Shown piece after piece: positions 1 through 12,300 of a stretch of 64,000 bases of DNA. The notes beneath the pieces were generated by a model. That model was given only the letters and a program-made list of their open reading frames with translations, ran no database searches and was not told the DNA's origin. The stretch comes from Lama glama (lineage: Eukaryota): the NCBI GenBank assembly GCA_028534125.1, contig CM052816.1, positions 89,096,001 to 89,160,000 of the forward strand. The letters are read 5' to 3'. Numbering within the stretch: position 1 is the stretch's first letter; each line of letters starts with the position of its first letter. The position numbers were made by a program, and so were the translations under genes.

Positions 1-365
1 CAGATTTATACGTGGGTCTGTTCCTACTGCCTCGTTATTCTCTTAGTCCTGGCAATTTTGAAAAATTATAGAGGTCATGAGTACTACTACTTTTTTCTAC
101 TGGAGACTCACTGCCCTCATGTCTAATGGACAGCTAGACTGGAGACACCCCATTTTAATCCAATCAGGTACTGAGCTGATTCCAGGCTGAAATTTTATAA
201 CACTCAAATTACATCTTGGTGTGCTTTTTTCTGGGCTGTAGACCTGAGTCTCGACCAAGAGCATGAAATATTTACCAGATCTATTTCTACTCAGAAAGTC
301 CTGACTTTTTTGTCTTGTTGGCCCTGGGAGTCTGCTGGTAAGAACACACTGCTCCCAGTGGTTTC

Positions 366-615
366 TTTCTTTCTTTCCTGTTTTTTTTTTTTTCACCATT
401 TTTATTGATTTATAATCATTTTACAATGTTGTGTCAAATTCCAGTGTACAGCACAATCCTTCAGTTATACATGAACATATATATATTCATTGTCACATAT
501 TTTTCTCTGTGAGCTACCATAGGATCTTGTGTATATTTCTCTGTGCTTTACAGTATAATCTTGTTTATCTATTCTACAATTTTAAAATCCTGTCTATCCC
601 TTCCAACCCTCCACC
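366..615 (-). mobile_element. Young, 5'-truncated LINE-1 3' end (camelid/cetartiodactyl-type) with 12-bp TSD
   Basis: The minus strand ends in ...aaatcaataaaaatggtg followed by a poly(A)/(GAAA) tail, with an L1 3'UTR-like body. An identical direct repeat CCCAGTGGTTTC lies at 354-365 and 616-627. Confidence 0.88.
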
Positions 616-1319
616 CCCAGTGGTTTCATAATTTCCTAGGTTCTCTACCGGCACAGCTGATGACATTGGTAAACGCCTCTAGAGGATTAGTCTCCTTCCT
701 CTTCAAAACATTGGCCTATTTAATCCTAGAAATTCTGCAGCTCTGCATGAACTCTCAGCCCTACAAAGTTTTTTTGTCGTCTGTTTGCATTTTGGTTTTG
801 GGGATTTTGTTTTGTTTTGTTTGTTTTTTGAATCTTCCTGCCCTGTAAACTTTTCAGAACTTCACTGGCTTCTCTTAGCTCCATCCTACCCTAGGATTCC
901 TAGTCTCCTGATCCACACTAAGAACTGGCAAGTGCCCTGAGGAAGAAAGCATCTTGCCCTATACTGGTTTGCTTGTCAGTCCCTTGATTTTGATTAGCCA
1001 GACAACTTTCAGATACTTTCAATCAGATTTTTTTTTCTTTTTTTGAGTTGTTTGCCTATTCCAATTTGAATAAGAAAATTAGTTACAAAACAACTGAACA
1101 TCAGTGTTTAATTCTTAGTATTTTGTGTTGAAAATCTGAGTTTGATACAGTATCATCAACATGCATAATTTAACGTAATGCCGATATTACTGTAACTTAC
1201 TCATCAATTAATTCCATGTTGCATTATTTTTCATGTAATGCATCCCAAATAACTATATATTCTTGTATTATTTTGTGTGTTCAAGTAACTAGAGATTATA
1301 AAGAAAAGTATATGTGCAA

Positions 1320-1487
1320 TTACTGTTTAATGAGTACCAAGTTTAGTTTGAGAGGAAGACAAAGTTCTCAAGACAGATAGTGGTGATGGTTGTACAACAT
1401 GTCAATGTACTTTATGTCACTGAATTCTACACTTAAAATTTACCATTGTAACCATTTTTATGTTATATATTTTACAACAATAAAAAG
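1320..1487 (+). mobile_element. Old L1 (L1MA/L1MB-like) 3' UTR terminal fragment
   Basis: Recalled L1M 3'-end motif 'gatagtggtgatggttgtacaaca...aatgtactt...cactgaatt.tacacttaaaa', ending in aataaaaa. Confidence 0.8.
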
Positions 1488-1898
1488 TACAAAATTATAT
1501 CAGTAGTCAAGAAATTAAATTTAGCATGATTTTTATGCACTAGTGTTATTTGGGGTTTTTTGCATATTAATTTTACATAAATTAGTGGATTTTAGTGTAT
1601 TTTACTTAAGGATTCTCCTACAGTGAATAATATTTCAACCAGGTTTATTTTATACTTTAACCTCTGTGAACATACTACATTAGTCATTCTTTTCATTCAG
1701 TGACAAAAACATTCATCTACTTTCTTTACATAATATTTAGACTCTTAGATATTTATTTTAAGAGTGCTACTACTATGCATTGAGGAAGTCCTTAAAATTA
1801 AATTATACTTTACTTGCCAAAATATGGTAAGCAAAATAAAGATTAAAAAATAAGTTACTATAAATGACCGACAGAAAGGAGGAGGTCTTAGGTGAGAC

Positions 1899-2503
1899 TG
1901 ACACAGGAAAATGGTGCACGAAAGGATGGTTATATCCCAGGTCTCTGTTGAGTCCCTCAGTTGCATCCCATCAAGTGAGGTTCCTTGGCTTCACCAAGGA
2001 CATAATTCAAGATTGAGCCATAGTGGAGTGAAGGTAGATTTCTTCAGAAAGATAGACACTCCTTAGACAGAGTGCAGGCCATCTCAGAGGGCCAGGGTGG
2101 TCACAAGGCATGGGGGTGAGTGCGTAAAGTAAAAGCAGATGCACACTCCATAGACAGAGTGCAGGCTGTTTCAGAAGGCAAGAGAGAGCAAACACCTTGG
2201 GAGTTGCTAGCTTTTATGGGCTTCATGACTCCATATGCTGACAAGTGGGATGATTATTCCAAATATTTTTGGGGAAGGGGCGGGGATTCCCAGGAATTCA
2301 CCACCACCCACATTTTGACCTTTGTATGGTTCTCTTCGGAACTGTCATGGCTCCTGTAGGTGTGTTATTTACCATGCTAATATATTACAGTGAGCAAATA
2401 ATGAAGCTCAAGGTCTACTGAGAACTGAATCTCCCGCCATCTTGGTGCTATCTGCTGTGTCATGCTTTTAATGGTTATGCCTGCCCCCTTCCCTCCTGTC
2501 TCA
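1899..2503 (-). mobile_element. ERV1-class solo LTR (605 bp) with 4-bp TSD
   Basis: TG...CA termini with a 9-bp imperfect terminal inverted repeat (TGACACAGG / CCTGTCTCA). AGAC is duplicated at 1895-1898 and 2504-2507. There is an internal ~43-bp duplication, and a TATA-like CATAAAAG on the minus strand near 2210-2218. Confidence 0.88.
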
Positions 2504-5101
2504 AGACGGACCTTGGAAACTATACATCAATATTTCTGTGATAATTCAAATTGACAATACCAATCGTCAGAGAGAACAGTTTAACTCCAATAATGGTACT
2601 AAAATATATTAATCATTTTATTAAGTTAAAACATATTTAGACATATTAATAGCAGACCATGTCAAAATTCAGAACATTTTATTTTTTTCATTTCACAGTT
2701 TCAATTAAAGTGTCATAAGACTTCCTTCTCCATTTATTCTTTGAAGATAATGCCTTCTGGTCTGTTTTCCTTGGTTCAGCAAAATACAAATTTCAAAGTC
2801 TGTAAAACAACATGGGAAACGGTGTTTTATGTCGGTTTTAAGGGGAGCATTATCTTTTCCACTATGACGCTTTGCATCAACAGGGGTCATGTCCAGGGCA
2901 GGTAGGCCATATGCTTTTAATGTACCTGAATATTGCCAGATATTTTGTTGTGCACCCTGTTGAAGTCATTCTGTGATACTTTACACTGATGCAGAACCTT
3001 GCACTGGAAGAAAAATGCAGTCATCTTAACAATTAAATCCCCTGACCATATTTCGATCAAATAGATTAGTAGAAAAAATCAATATCCTCCTTAACTTAAA
3101 GTTCCAAGGTTACATGGTGAGGCAGCAAAACAAAGCCTCTTGATTTGACTTTATCTTTTCCCCTAATCATTGTAACCTCGTCTTTGGCTATACATAACCA
3201 GGGTTCCTTTGCTTCATGTCACCAAGGTCCTATGATATTTGCATGTTATTTCTTTAAATTTAAAGTATCACCTTCTCTTCATTTTGAGCAAAACCAGTAT
3301 TCAAGTCTTACAAAAATACAAAAAAAGGGTCATTATTGATTTATGAAATTATCTTTATAGGATGAATCTAACAAACAGAACTAGTGATTGCAACAAATGA
3401 ATAAAGAAGTCATCGATACTCTGATAGTTCAATTGAATTAGCAGTTATAAAGTAAACAAGGAGATCCAGAATTAAGAGAGAACTCAAATAGATTATTTTA
3501 GTTGTAATAATTTTAAACAGTTGAATTTACATTTTTACTTCAAGTGGTTTTTACGTATTGCAGTTTAAGTTTTAAAAATTCAGCTTGCAGTGTGATTTCT
3601 GAATTGTTGAAGATCATGAACACCTTTCAGTTTATTGTTTTAGAATTGACTCCATGGCACAGATTCATGAGTCTGAAAAAGAAGCTCACACATTTTCTTA
3701 TCTACATCCATCATTTTGGAATTGCTTCCCTTAAACAATCTCAGATGCACATATGTCAGTGCACTAACATTTTCTCATGATGTAACACTATTTTCAGTAA
3801 TTCATTTAAGGTTCTTTGTAACAGTTATCCAAAGATAAACCATTTAATAAATATAGTTTTTTTCCAGAGGTCTAAATTAAGCCTACATTCTTGTGTCTTC
3901 TTATCATGGCCCTTTTATTGATAATCTTTTATTACCTCCTGTTTTCATTTATAGACCTTTTCAAATTGTCACACTCTAAATTACCTAAGGACTATAATTA
4001 ATCTATTGACAAGCTAAGTACTTTCATATTTTTCAGAGCATTATTAATCACCAGGTGGAAGAGCTTTGATGCTATCAAGTACACTTTCTGGAAATAACAA
4101 TAGGAACATGGGACAAAATGATATCTCTTAATGCTCACCTGCTAACTACTCCAGTGTCATGATGAAGATAGTAACAAGTAATATGGCCAAAAGTAAACTA
4201 TTTTTTTTAATAAATAAAATAACAAAGTATTTCACAGGCAGAAAAGTTTTATTAGCCCAAATTCTTAGGATCCAATTAAGGATATTTGACCACTGCTCTG
4301 CTCTAGGGAGGTTTTATAGTAATAATAAAATTGTCATAACACGCCAGGCAAAGCAATACTTCTTTGGGTAGCTTGTGCCAAAATCTTGACAACTTTAAAG
4401 ATAAGAACCAGATTAAAATGAGAAACTCTGAGTTTCCATTTTTAACATTTTTTAATGTAAATAGCTGTCATTCCAAATTTTAGTATGAAATGTTCAAAAT
4501 GCAACAACTGCAAATTAAGGGTATCTATCCAGGGGCATTTGATTTATTGATGTTGCAGAACACTAGAAGAAATGTTTATATAGGTACTTTTCAATTACTA
4601 GCATAAGAACAAAACTGGGAGGAAAAATGTGTGAGACAATTTTCCAAGATTTCCTATTATAATTTCACTAAAGAATTTTGCCGTTTGCCATTTGACTATG
4701 TGATCAACGTATAGTTTTTAAAAAAAGATAAAAAGAGTCAGGAAAGTCTACAAAAACAATTTGAATGTTCTATTTTATGATGGTACCATATTGTATCTTA
4801 CACTAGAATTGAAAAAAAACAACTATTGGGTTCGTTTTACCTGACATATTCAGAATTAAATAATTATTCAATTTTATTCTTCATTAAATCATTGGTACAG
4901 TATTTAAAGTTTTTTTTGAAAGATAAGCATGATAGATGAGGAACTTTTTTTTCCCCAAAACATCTTTATACTGTTTAGAAACGTGTAGTAATCTTTCTCT
5001 CTCCTGTATTCTCTCCTTATCTTACAAGTCTACCAAAAAACAGCAATAAAAGCTGGGTTTTTGTCAAGCATTTTTATTCAAAAGCCAGGAGAGGCATTGA
5101 A

Positions 5102-5141
5102 TGGTAATCTGAACTTCTCAGTGGTAATCTAAACTTCTCAG
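5102..5141. repeat. 20-bp tandem duplication
   Basis: tggtaatctgaacttctcag / tggtaatctaaacttctcag, 1 mismatch. Confidence 0.9.
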
Positions 5142-5204
5142 TGTTGGATTCAAAACTCCTTTTAGATATTTTTGAGAAAGGAATGAAGAGTAAATAGTAA
5201 ATTA

Positions 5205-5312
5205 TGCAAGACTGGGATTAAGGACAGTGGATTTGCTTCTAGCCTTGTGATTATGGGCAATTTAACTTACCATCTGAATTTGCTTTGTTCATGTGTAAAA
5301 TTGGAATAATTC
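5205..5312 (+). mobile_element. MIR SINE, 5' part (interrupted by MLT1 LTR)
   Basis: MIR core-like 'gtgattatgggcaatttaactt...tttgttcatgtgtaaaattggaataat'. The 3' part resumes at ~5820. Confidence 0.65.
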
Positions 5313-5314
5313 TA

Positions 5315-5810
5315 TTTGTTAGCACGCTTTGGACTACAAGTTTTAGAAACGCCAACTGAAAAAGACTTTACCAAGGAACTTTATTTACTCACAAAAGAGA
5401 GAGTTCAGGGATGCTGCAGGTACCTGGCCTGAACCAGTCTGTGTTCTTGCCCCATGTTGCTCTTACAGTCCTTCCTGCCTGTTATACCATGTGCTGGCTA
5501 TGTCCATGCAGACTGGCTTCCCCCATGGATGGAGGTTACCTGCCAGAAACCTCCAAGACCAAAAGCTTTCTTATTCGCATCCAGCAGGGTAGAAGTGACC
5601 TGTATTCCTGTGGATTTTCTCTTTAAGATTGAGAAAGTATTTTCTGAGAAATCTCTAGCAAAATTGTCCTTGGGTGTTATTGACTAAAATTGGGTCAAAT
5701 GCCCAGTCTAGAAATAGTTACTAGGAGGGAACAGAATATCAGCACATCAATCATGCCTACCTCTTTGTCAGTTCCAAACAGATGTTAGGGAGTCAAATAT
5801 TGTGTGTGGT
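5315..5810 (-). mobile_element. Ancient MaLR LTR (MLT1J/K/L-like)
   Basis: Begins 'ttagcacgctttggactacaag...agaaacgccaactgaaa...ggaactttatttactcac' and contains 'attgactaaaattgggtcaaatgccc', both typical of old MLT1 LTRs read in reverse. Confidence 0.65.
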
Positions 5811-5819
5811 TATATAATC

Positions 5820-5900
5820 AGAATTATTTGAAGTGAAATAGCATTTGTAAATTATCACGTAGAGTACTTGCAACGAAATAAGAGCTCCAGTACATTGGAA
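5820..5900 (+). mobile_element. MIR SINE, 3' part
   Basis: 'aagtgaaatagcatttgtaaa...agagtacttgca...aataagagctcca' resembles the MIR 3' region. Confidence 0.55.
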
Positions 5901-6524
5901 TTTTGCCAGCAATGGGAATACTAATGGTGGCAGTGTCTATTCCGTATTCCTTGAACTATATTTTCCACTGAATCTTTGGGTTGTTGATTGTGAACCTTCT
6001 AGTCTCTTTACTAATATTATTTCCTTGCCCATGTGGCAGAATAATCTAGTTGTGATATCTGTAATGTTGCCAAATGCAGGGTTCACTAAGCTATTGTGCC
6101 AGTTCATATAATTATATTTCTCCTTCCTTGTGATTATGTTTAGGACACCTTGACTTGATGAATTTTGGTGAAAGGACCACCATCCCAGTTAGAGGAGTCT
6201 CTTCTTCATTCTAAGATATTCAAGACCTTTAAGGGCTTTGCTTTCCAGCTTCAGCTTAACTGACCGTCACAACCGTTATTGCTGTTCTGTTCCTCCTCAG
6301 CAAATCTGTTCTTTGCTTTAAATCTCAACTCAAAACAGCAACAGGTTCTAATTCTATCTCCCAGTGCCCACTTAGCACCAATTTTAAATCCTTGCTTGAA
6401 TAAAGTGTGCCATGGCCTTTTCTTTGTACATCAGTTGTGTTATAATTGTAATCTACTTGTTGGAAATGTATGATGTGTTTTGACAAAGCTATTCAAACTG
6501 TTTACCAAATCCTGAGAAAGGGGG

Positions 6525-7300
6525 TGTATCTGTTCCCTAGAACTGCTGTCATAAAATACCAAATATTAGGTGGTAAAACATAGATGTATAGTCTTACGTT
6601 TCTGAAGACTGAAAGTCTGAAATCAATTCTGTTAGGGTTGGTGCTTTCTGAGGGTTGTGAGGATGAATCTGTTCCTTAATTTTCTTCTAGCTTCTGGTAG
6701 CGTCTTAGCTTATAGTTATTGTTCTTCCTGTATCTTCACTTAGTCTTTCCTCTGCATCTTTGTGTCCAAGTTTTCCATTTTTCATTAGGACACTAGTCAT
6801 ATTGAAACTATTTTGACTTAATTACCACTCTTATAAAAACCCTATTTCCAAATAACATCCCATTCTGAGATAGAGGTTAGATTTATATATATGTATATGT
6901 GTAAATGTATTTTTTCTTAATAGACTTTGTTTGCTTTAGAGACAACTGAAGTTCACAGCAAAATTGAGCAAAAGGTAGAGATTTCTCATGTATCCCCTGC
7001 CCTCAGTCTTACATACAGCTTTTTCCACACTCGACACCCCCCTCCAAAGTGAAACGTTAGTTGAAATTCATAGAGCTGTATTGACACAACATCATTACCC
7101 AAAATCCATTCTTCACATTAGGGTTCATTCTTGGTGGTGTACATTCTATGGCTTTGGACAAATTTATAATGACATGTATCTACCATTATAGTGTCATACA
7201 GAGTAGTTTCACTGCCCTAGTAATCTCTGTGCTCTGCCTATTTATCCCTCCCTCCCCTTGGAATATATCTTTTTTTGAGAGACGTAGTTCAGTACATGCC
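6525..7300 (-). mobile_element. MaLR LTR (MLT1B-like), split by a nested L1 fragment at ~6905-7260
   Basis: 'tgtatctgttccctagaactgctgtcataaaatacca...ggacactagtcatattg...ccctatttccaaataa.atcccattctgag'. The terminal piece 'atatatctttttt gagagacgtagttcagtaca' resumes after 7260. Confidence 0.8.
6905..7260 (-). mobile_element. L1MC-like 3' end nested in MLT1
   Basis: 'gttcacagcaaaattgagcaaaaggtagagatttc...attgacacaacatcattacccaaaatccat...cattagggttcattcttggtggtgtacattctatgg' matches the recalled L1MC1 3' end in reverse. Confidence 0.85.
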
Positions 7301-8054
7301 AGGAGAAAATCCTCAAATCAAAGGATCAAAAAATTGAACGACTGAAATAATTCCTCAGTATATTATATCAAAGCTAAGCTTATGCAACTTGCAAAAACAG
7401 ATAGCAACTTACAGACAACTAGCCTTAAAACTGAGAAAAGTAGCATGTTAGAAGTCACTGTACGTATTTCTCGTCTTAAAATGAAACTTATCCTTGAGAA
7501 ACCCCCTCCAAAAATATTTTAATACCCATTTCAGATAATATTTCATATAATTTATCAAATATAATTTGTTAATTTAAAAACAGAAAAAGTATATCTTTAT
7601 ATGAAGGATATACATCAGTTTATTTTGTTTTTCTGTTGAATTCACGACTAGCAAAATACTCTTTTCCACAAGTATTGTAGTGTGTGCGTGTGCACATGTG
7701 TGTGTATGTGTGCACAGGGAGTGTAACATGAAATACTGATGTTCCTTGGTCTTGGAAAAACATATTGAACATCAATTGACCAAGAGCTGATTGAATCCGA
7801 CACTGAGTTTCCACAAATGCTTTTTAAATCATGGTGTCATAATTAGAATAATTAAAGTCTGAAGAAAAGGCATGAGATATATCTTTGTAAACAAAAAAAC
7901 GGCAAAAATGAACTTTTAACAGTATTAAGTGGCTTGAAAATCACTAACCTTACTTCAAATTACAAACCATAGTAAAACTACCATATATTACCAAATGTAA
8001 GTTAAGAAAATCTTTGCCAAGAAATGAAATAGAAAACATGTATCTATCTATTAA

Positions 8055-8300
8055 TTATTTAATCACTTAGTGAGTATATATTGAGTATATATTTACCGGA
8101 CACTTATTTTGCAGCAAACACAGTGCTTGGCACCAGTAATTCAAATAGGAAGCTCCTCATAAGAAATTAATATTCTAGCATGAGGGAATGGCGTATAAAA
8201 ATACTTCAAATACACGGTAACCAATGCAATATTAGGGAAGTGAACACAGTTTGCATCCTAGGAAAGAGGAGAGGAAATCGGTGTTACCTGAACTAATTCA
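8055..8300 (-). mobile_element. Degraded L2 3' fragment
   Basis: 'atatattgagt...cacagtgcttggcacc...ctcataagaaattaatattctag' resembles the reverse L2 tail. Confidence 0.45.
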
Positions 8301-9333
8301 GGGTATTAATTATGAATGATATTGTTTCTGTTATGTCATGAATGTTTGCATAGCATTTATTTTTATAGACATGGTAACTTTCCTTTATTCTTTTGATTCT
8401 TCTTTTATCTTTTCCTCTCTTTCCTCCTCCATTCCTTCTACACCTCATTTTCTTTACTTTTTATTAAAATCTACAGTCATAGAATTTTTAGCTCTGAAAA
8501 AAATATATGTATATCTGATACACTGATCACTTTAGTACAAAATACATATGTAATCATCTTAAGAAAGTTTATTCCTTATCACATTTATTCCTTATTGATA
8601 CTTTAATGATAATCTGAAGTAGGCGAGATTATGGGGGGACCACTGCATTCTTGTTGCCTTTTGAGCAGCCCGTTGGCAACGTTTCAATGTACGTTGGTGT
8701 CTTAGTCATGCAGCTCAGTCAACTCTATTTATATAACCTCCAGAGCAATGATGCTAGTGCTCTGTTCTTGAGAGTTGTCTTAGTGAAATTCTCTCATTAC
8801 TACCAAAATATATTACTTCACTGTTAATCACAGGGTGGTTTGATTACTCAATGAAAAAATACTTTGAATGCACTTTCAACTTTGCTATTTCAAGAAAGTT
8901 CAAAGTAACAAAGAGAACATAATTAGTGGCCTCAACGCCAAATTTTAGTGATTATCTGTACAAAGAAAGAAATAAAGAGCATGTTGTAGGGGAGAGTTTA
9001 AGGGTGTGTATGGTTGTTTCACTTGTTTATGCATGTATGTGTTTTTTTACCACTTGTTGGAGGTATACACACACACACATACTTGTATGTTCTCTGCTGC
9101 TTGCTGGACAAGAACATTACAAATAGAGAAACATTTTCTAGTCAATCGGTTTCTTCTCTGACTGATGAACTGCTTTCCCATGATAAGTGCTTCATACGTT
9201 CACATTTTGACTACACAGTAGGCACCATTGCACCATTCTGACGCTACTAAATTGTAAAGATGCAGGTCAGTCTGGCAGCTCTAATCTTCTTGACTTTTTT
9301 TTCCTTCATTACGTGTTCCCTCGCCTTCCATAG

Positions 9334-9362
9334 GAAGCTAGAGAAGCTGATTGAGTAGAATG
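9334..9362 (+). other. Candidate 29-nt exon ending in ATG (gene not recognised)
   Basis: A ~40-nt pyrimidine tract ending CCATAG, then GAAGCTAGAGAAGCTGATTGAGTAGAATG, then the consensus donor GTAAGT. No transcript evidence is available. Confidence 0.4.
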
Positions 9363-12300
9363 GTAAGTGATGAGGTCAATCTTTCCGGTCCTTCAAAAGT
9401 TGGATGAAATACAAAAAAGTGAAAGACAGTTTTGTGCCCCTAATTTAAAAAAGAAGAAAAACTTGCACAAACACGTTAAATACTACATGTTCTCCAAGCA
9501 CATGCCAACTTTTAATGACAGAATAAAATTTCAACCTAGTGAACATACTGTTTTGGACTATTAAAGCAGTGGACCTCCCATCTAAAAATAAATAACTGAA
9601 TTTAAAAATACTCACCTCAGTGTTATGTAATAGTAAGAGAAAAGCATAGTGGATGTGCTTTAGTTTGGAGGGATTTTTTTGCATAAAATATCCAAATATT
9701 TGAAGCCTAAAAGCTAAAAATCATGACGAGTATGGTGGTAAATTTTAACATTACTGAATAAATCCCACAATTTATAGTATGTTTCTATTTAATAAGAGGT
9801 TTTGTAAAGATAATTGTACTTGTTGTACATCAAAAAGTTCTCCATAATCCTAATTTTGTCTTTCAGTATTTTTTAAAACTTCCGTCCCTTCCCACCAACA
9901 AATAATCACATAAACTATATTTGGAGGAGAAGGTTTATTTTTTCAACTCATTCTTTCATGTTTGGAGTGGTATCTTTGGCATTTCACAGCCTGTAAATGA
10001 AAATCCTTGAGGGACTACTGGCATCCCTCCCCAGGAAGGTGATTTGGAGTGACCTGAAGTTCATTGAAGGGGTATATTTTCCTAAGCTCTGCTTTGGCAG
10101 TTTGCTGTGTCATCAATCTTGTTCAGCTGAAAAGCATGACAGTTTGTCTGGACAACAGTACATGAAGGATAGCAAAAGGTTATTGTTAGGTTATGAAGTT
10201 TTTCTGACAAGTACAACACGCTAAGGTTTATATAAGCATAAAACAAACCTTAAACTCAAGGGTTTTGCAAAGGAGTTTTCTACTTCTGTAGACAGATATT
10301 TTGAAGTCTGAGTTTATATTTTCCAAATTTCACTGAACCATAGCAATACCCTCTCATAATCTCCTTTAGAAGTTCTTCTGATATTATTTTAATGAAATAA
10401 GGACTACGAGAGAGAGTGAACGTCAATCTCAGTGTCAAGGGTGCAGGAACTTTGTTTCATTATTCTTAGTAGTAAAGACCTAGCAGAACACAAACAAATC
10501 GGAATTGGATGTATTTGCCATTCATTGCTAACCATTGCGAAGGATGACCCATTTTTTTCATTGACGAAAGGAATAATGTTGAAAAACTGTTGATCCATAC
10601 ATTTTGCTACTTTTAATAACCTACTTATATTGTCCATAAAAGAAAAACTTGTCAATTATCACAAAATAATTTAATATTGAAAAGGTGATAAAGCCTTAGT
10701 ACCTTCACTGCACTTTTAACATGTAGATATTTAAAAATATTCTCTTAAAATATGTATGTCTTTCAGAAGGTATATAGAAGACAGAAATGCAAACTTGAAA
10801 GATTTAAAAAAGATGTATTAGGAAGTCCAATACTAATGCATGTAGTTGAGGAAGATCAAAACTGTGTGCAATGTTCATATACATTTTCTATCTTTAATTA
10901 ATCATAGTAGTTAGTTATTGCATTGCTTTAACAATTTAGTCCCATTCATTTATTTTGGAGTCTATTAAAAGACACTAGTTTACTTTAATGCCTACTAATG
11001 TATTTTATTTTAAAAGAGGTGATTAAAGAAATAGCCAAGTTTGCTATTTCATTATGGATCTTGCATTGCTTTTATATTTTGTAACCATCTTAATTCATTG
11101 AAGATGAAAATAGACAAAGAAAAAAAAAACAATTTAGTGTAGTTTGCTTTTTGTATCCTTTAACTGAAACATCTTAACAAAAACAAGGTCAATAATCTGG
11201 AAAATCTAACAAATTCTCAAAGCACACACACAAAAAATGAGAATCTTATTATAAGTTCTAATACACAAGTGCAAATGTATATATTATATAATACAATATA
11301 TAATGTATTTGTGTTTTGTGTTCTATCATGTAAAATATGTGCTAATAGTAAATGTATATATTATATAATATTCTTAAATAGCAAAATAACAAAATCGTAA
11401 AGTATCTTCATGTTTTTAATCTGCTAGAAAACAGATTGTTTTGAATACACAAAGAGAGGAAAGGAAGTGTGAGATTTTTTTGAAATATTATTTGTGTCTC
11501 TGAAAATGATATATAATAGGTTAAAGTTTTAATATAAAATAAAATAGATTGTTCCATTTTGATCTCATCTAAATTGTCATCAACACAGGGAAATTTTGAA
11601 TTAGAAAGATTATAGACTTTGAGTGCAGAAATAGAAATTTTGACTGTCCCACTTTCAATTTTGTACATTACTTAGCCTTCTTATTATGTGAAAATAAAAA
11701 GATTGAAATCCGCATTCTAATTTTTTTTCCTCATTTTCAATTTTTCGTCCTGGCCTAAAACACTTAGGTCCTGTCTCATGGCTGGACTCTGTCATTACAG
11801 TTGTGCCACTCTCTAAGGTTTAATGGACTTCCATTCAGTGAGGCCGAAGGACACAGGAGTTAATGGGAAATTTATCATATGTGAGCTTTCTTGGCTTAGC
11901 CCACAAGATCATAGTCATGTTCAAAGAGACCGGTCGAAGTGAAAACTCAGTGTTTACGCCCTCTCTGCAGCTATCACGAGTGACTGACTTCTTCAACTTA
12001 TTTTCCCCAATTCCATTTCCTATCCCAGGAGATAAAAATCTGCATAGGTTCAGGACACCCTGTATATGTAACTGAAAATCAAGATCACTGTGTTACTTCA
12101 CTGATAATGAAAAATAATTACATACACCAATATGGGTATTTTCTTTTTTCCCTGAAAGTAAATGATTAATACAGTTAATATGTTTTAAAATAATACATTT
12201 TCTAAGGAATTTACATCTATAACAATTATGGATCTGTTATGTTAATACTGAAGTAACCACAGCCTTCACAGTATTATACAAGTGATACACAAAATAGCAA

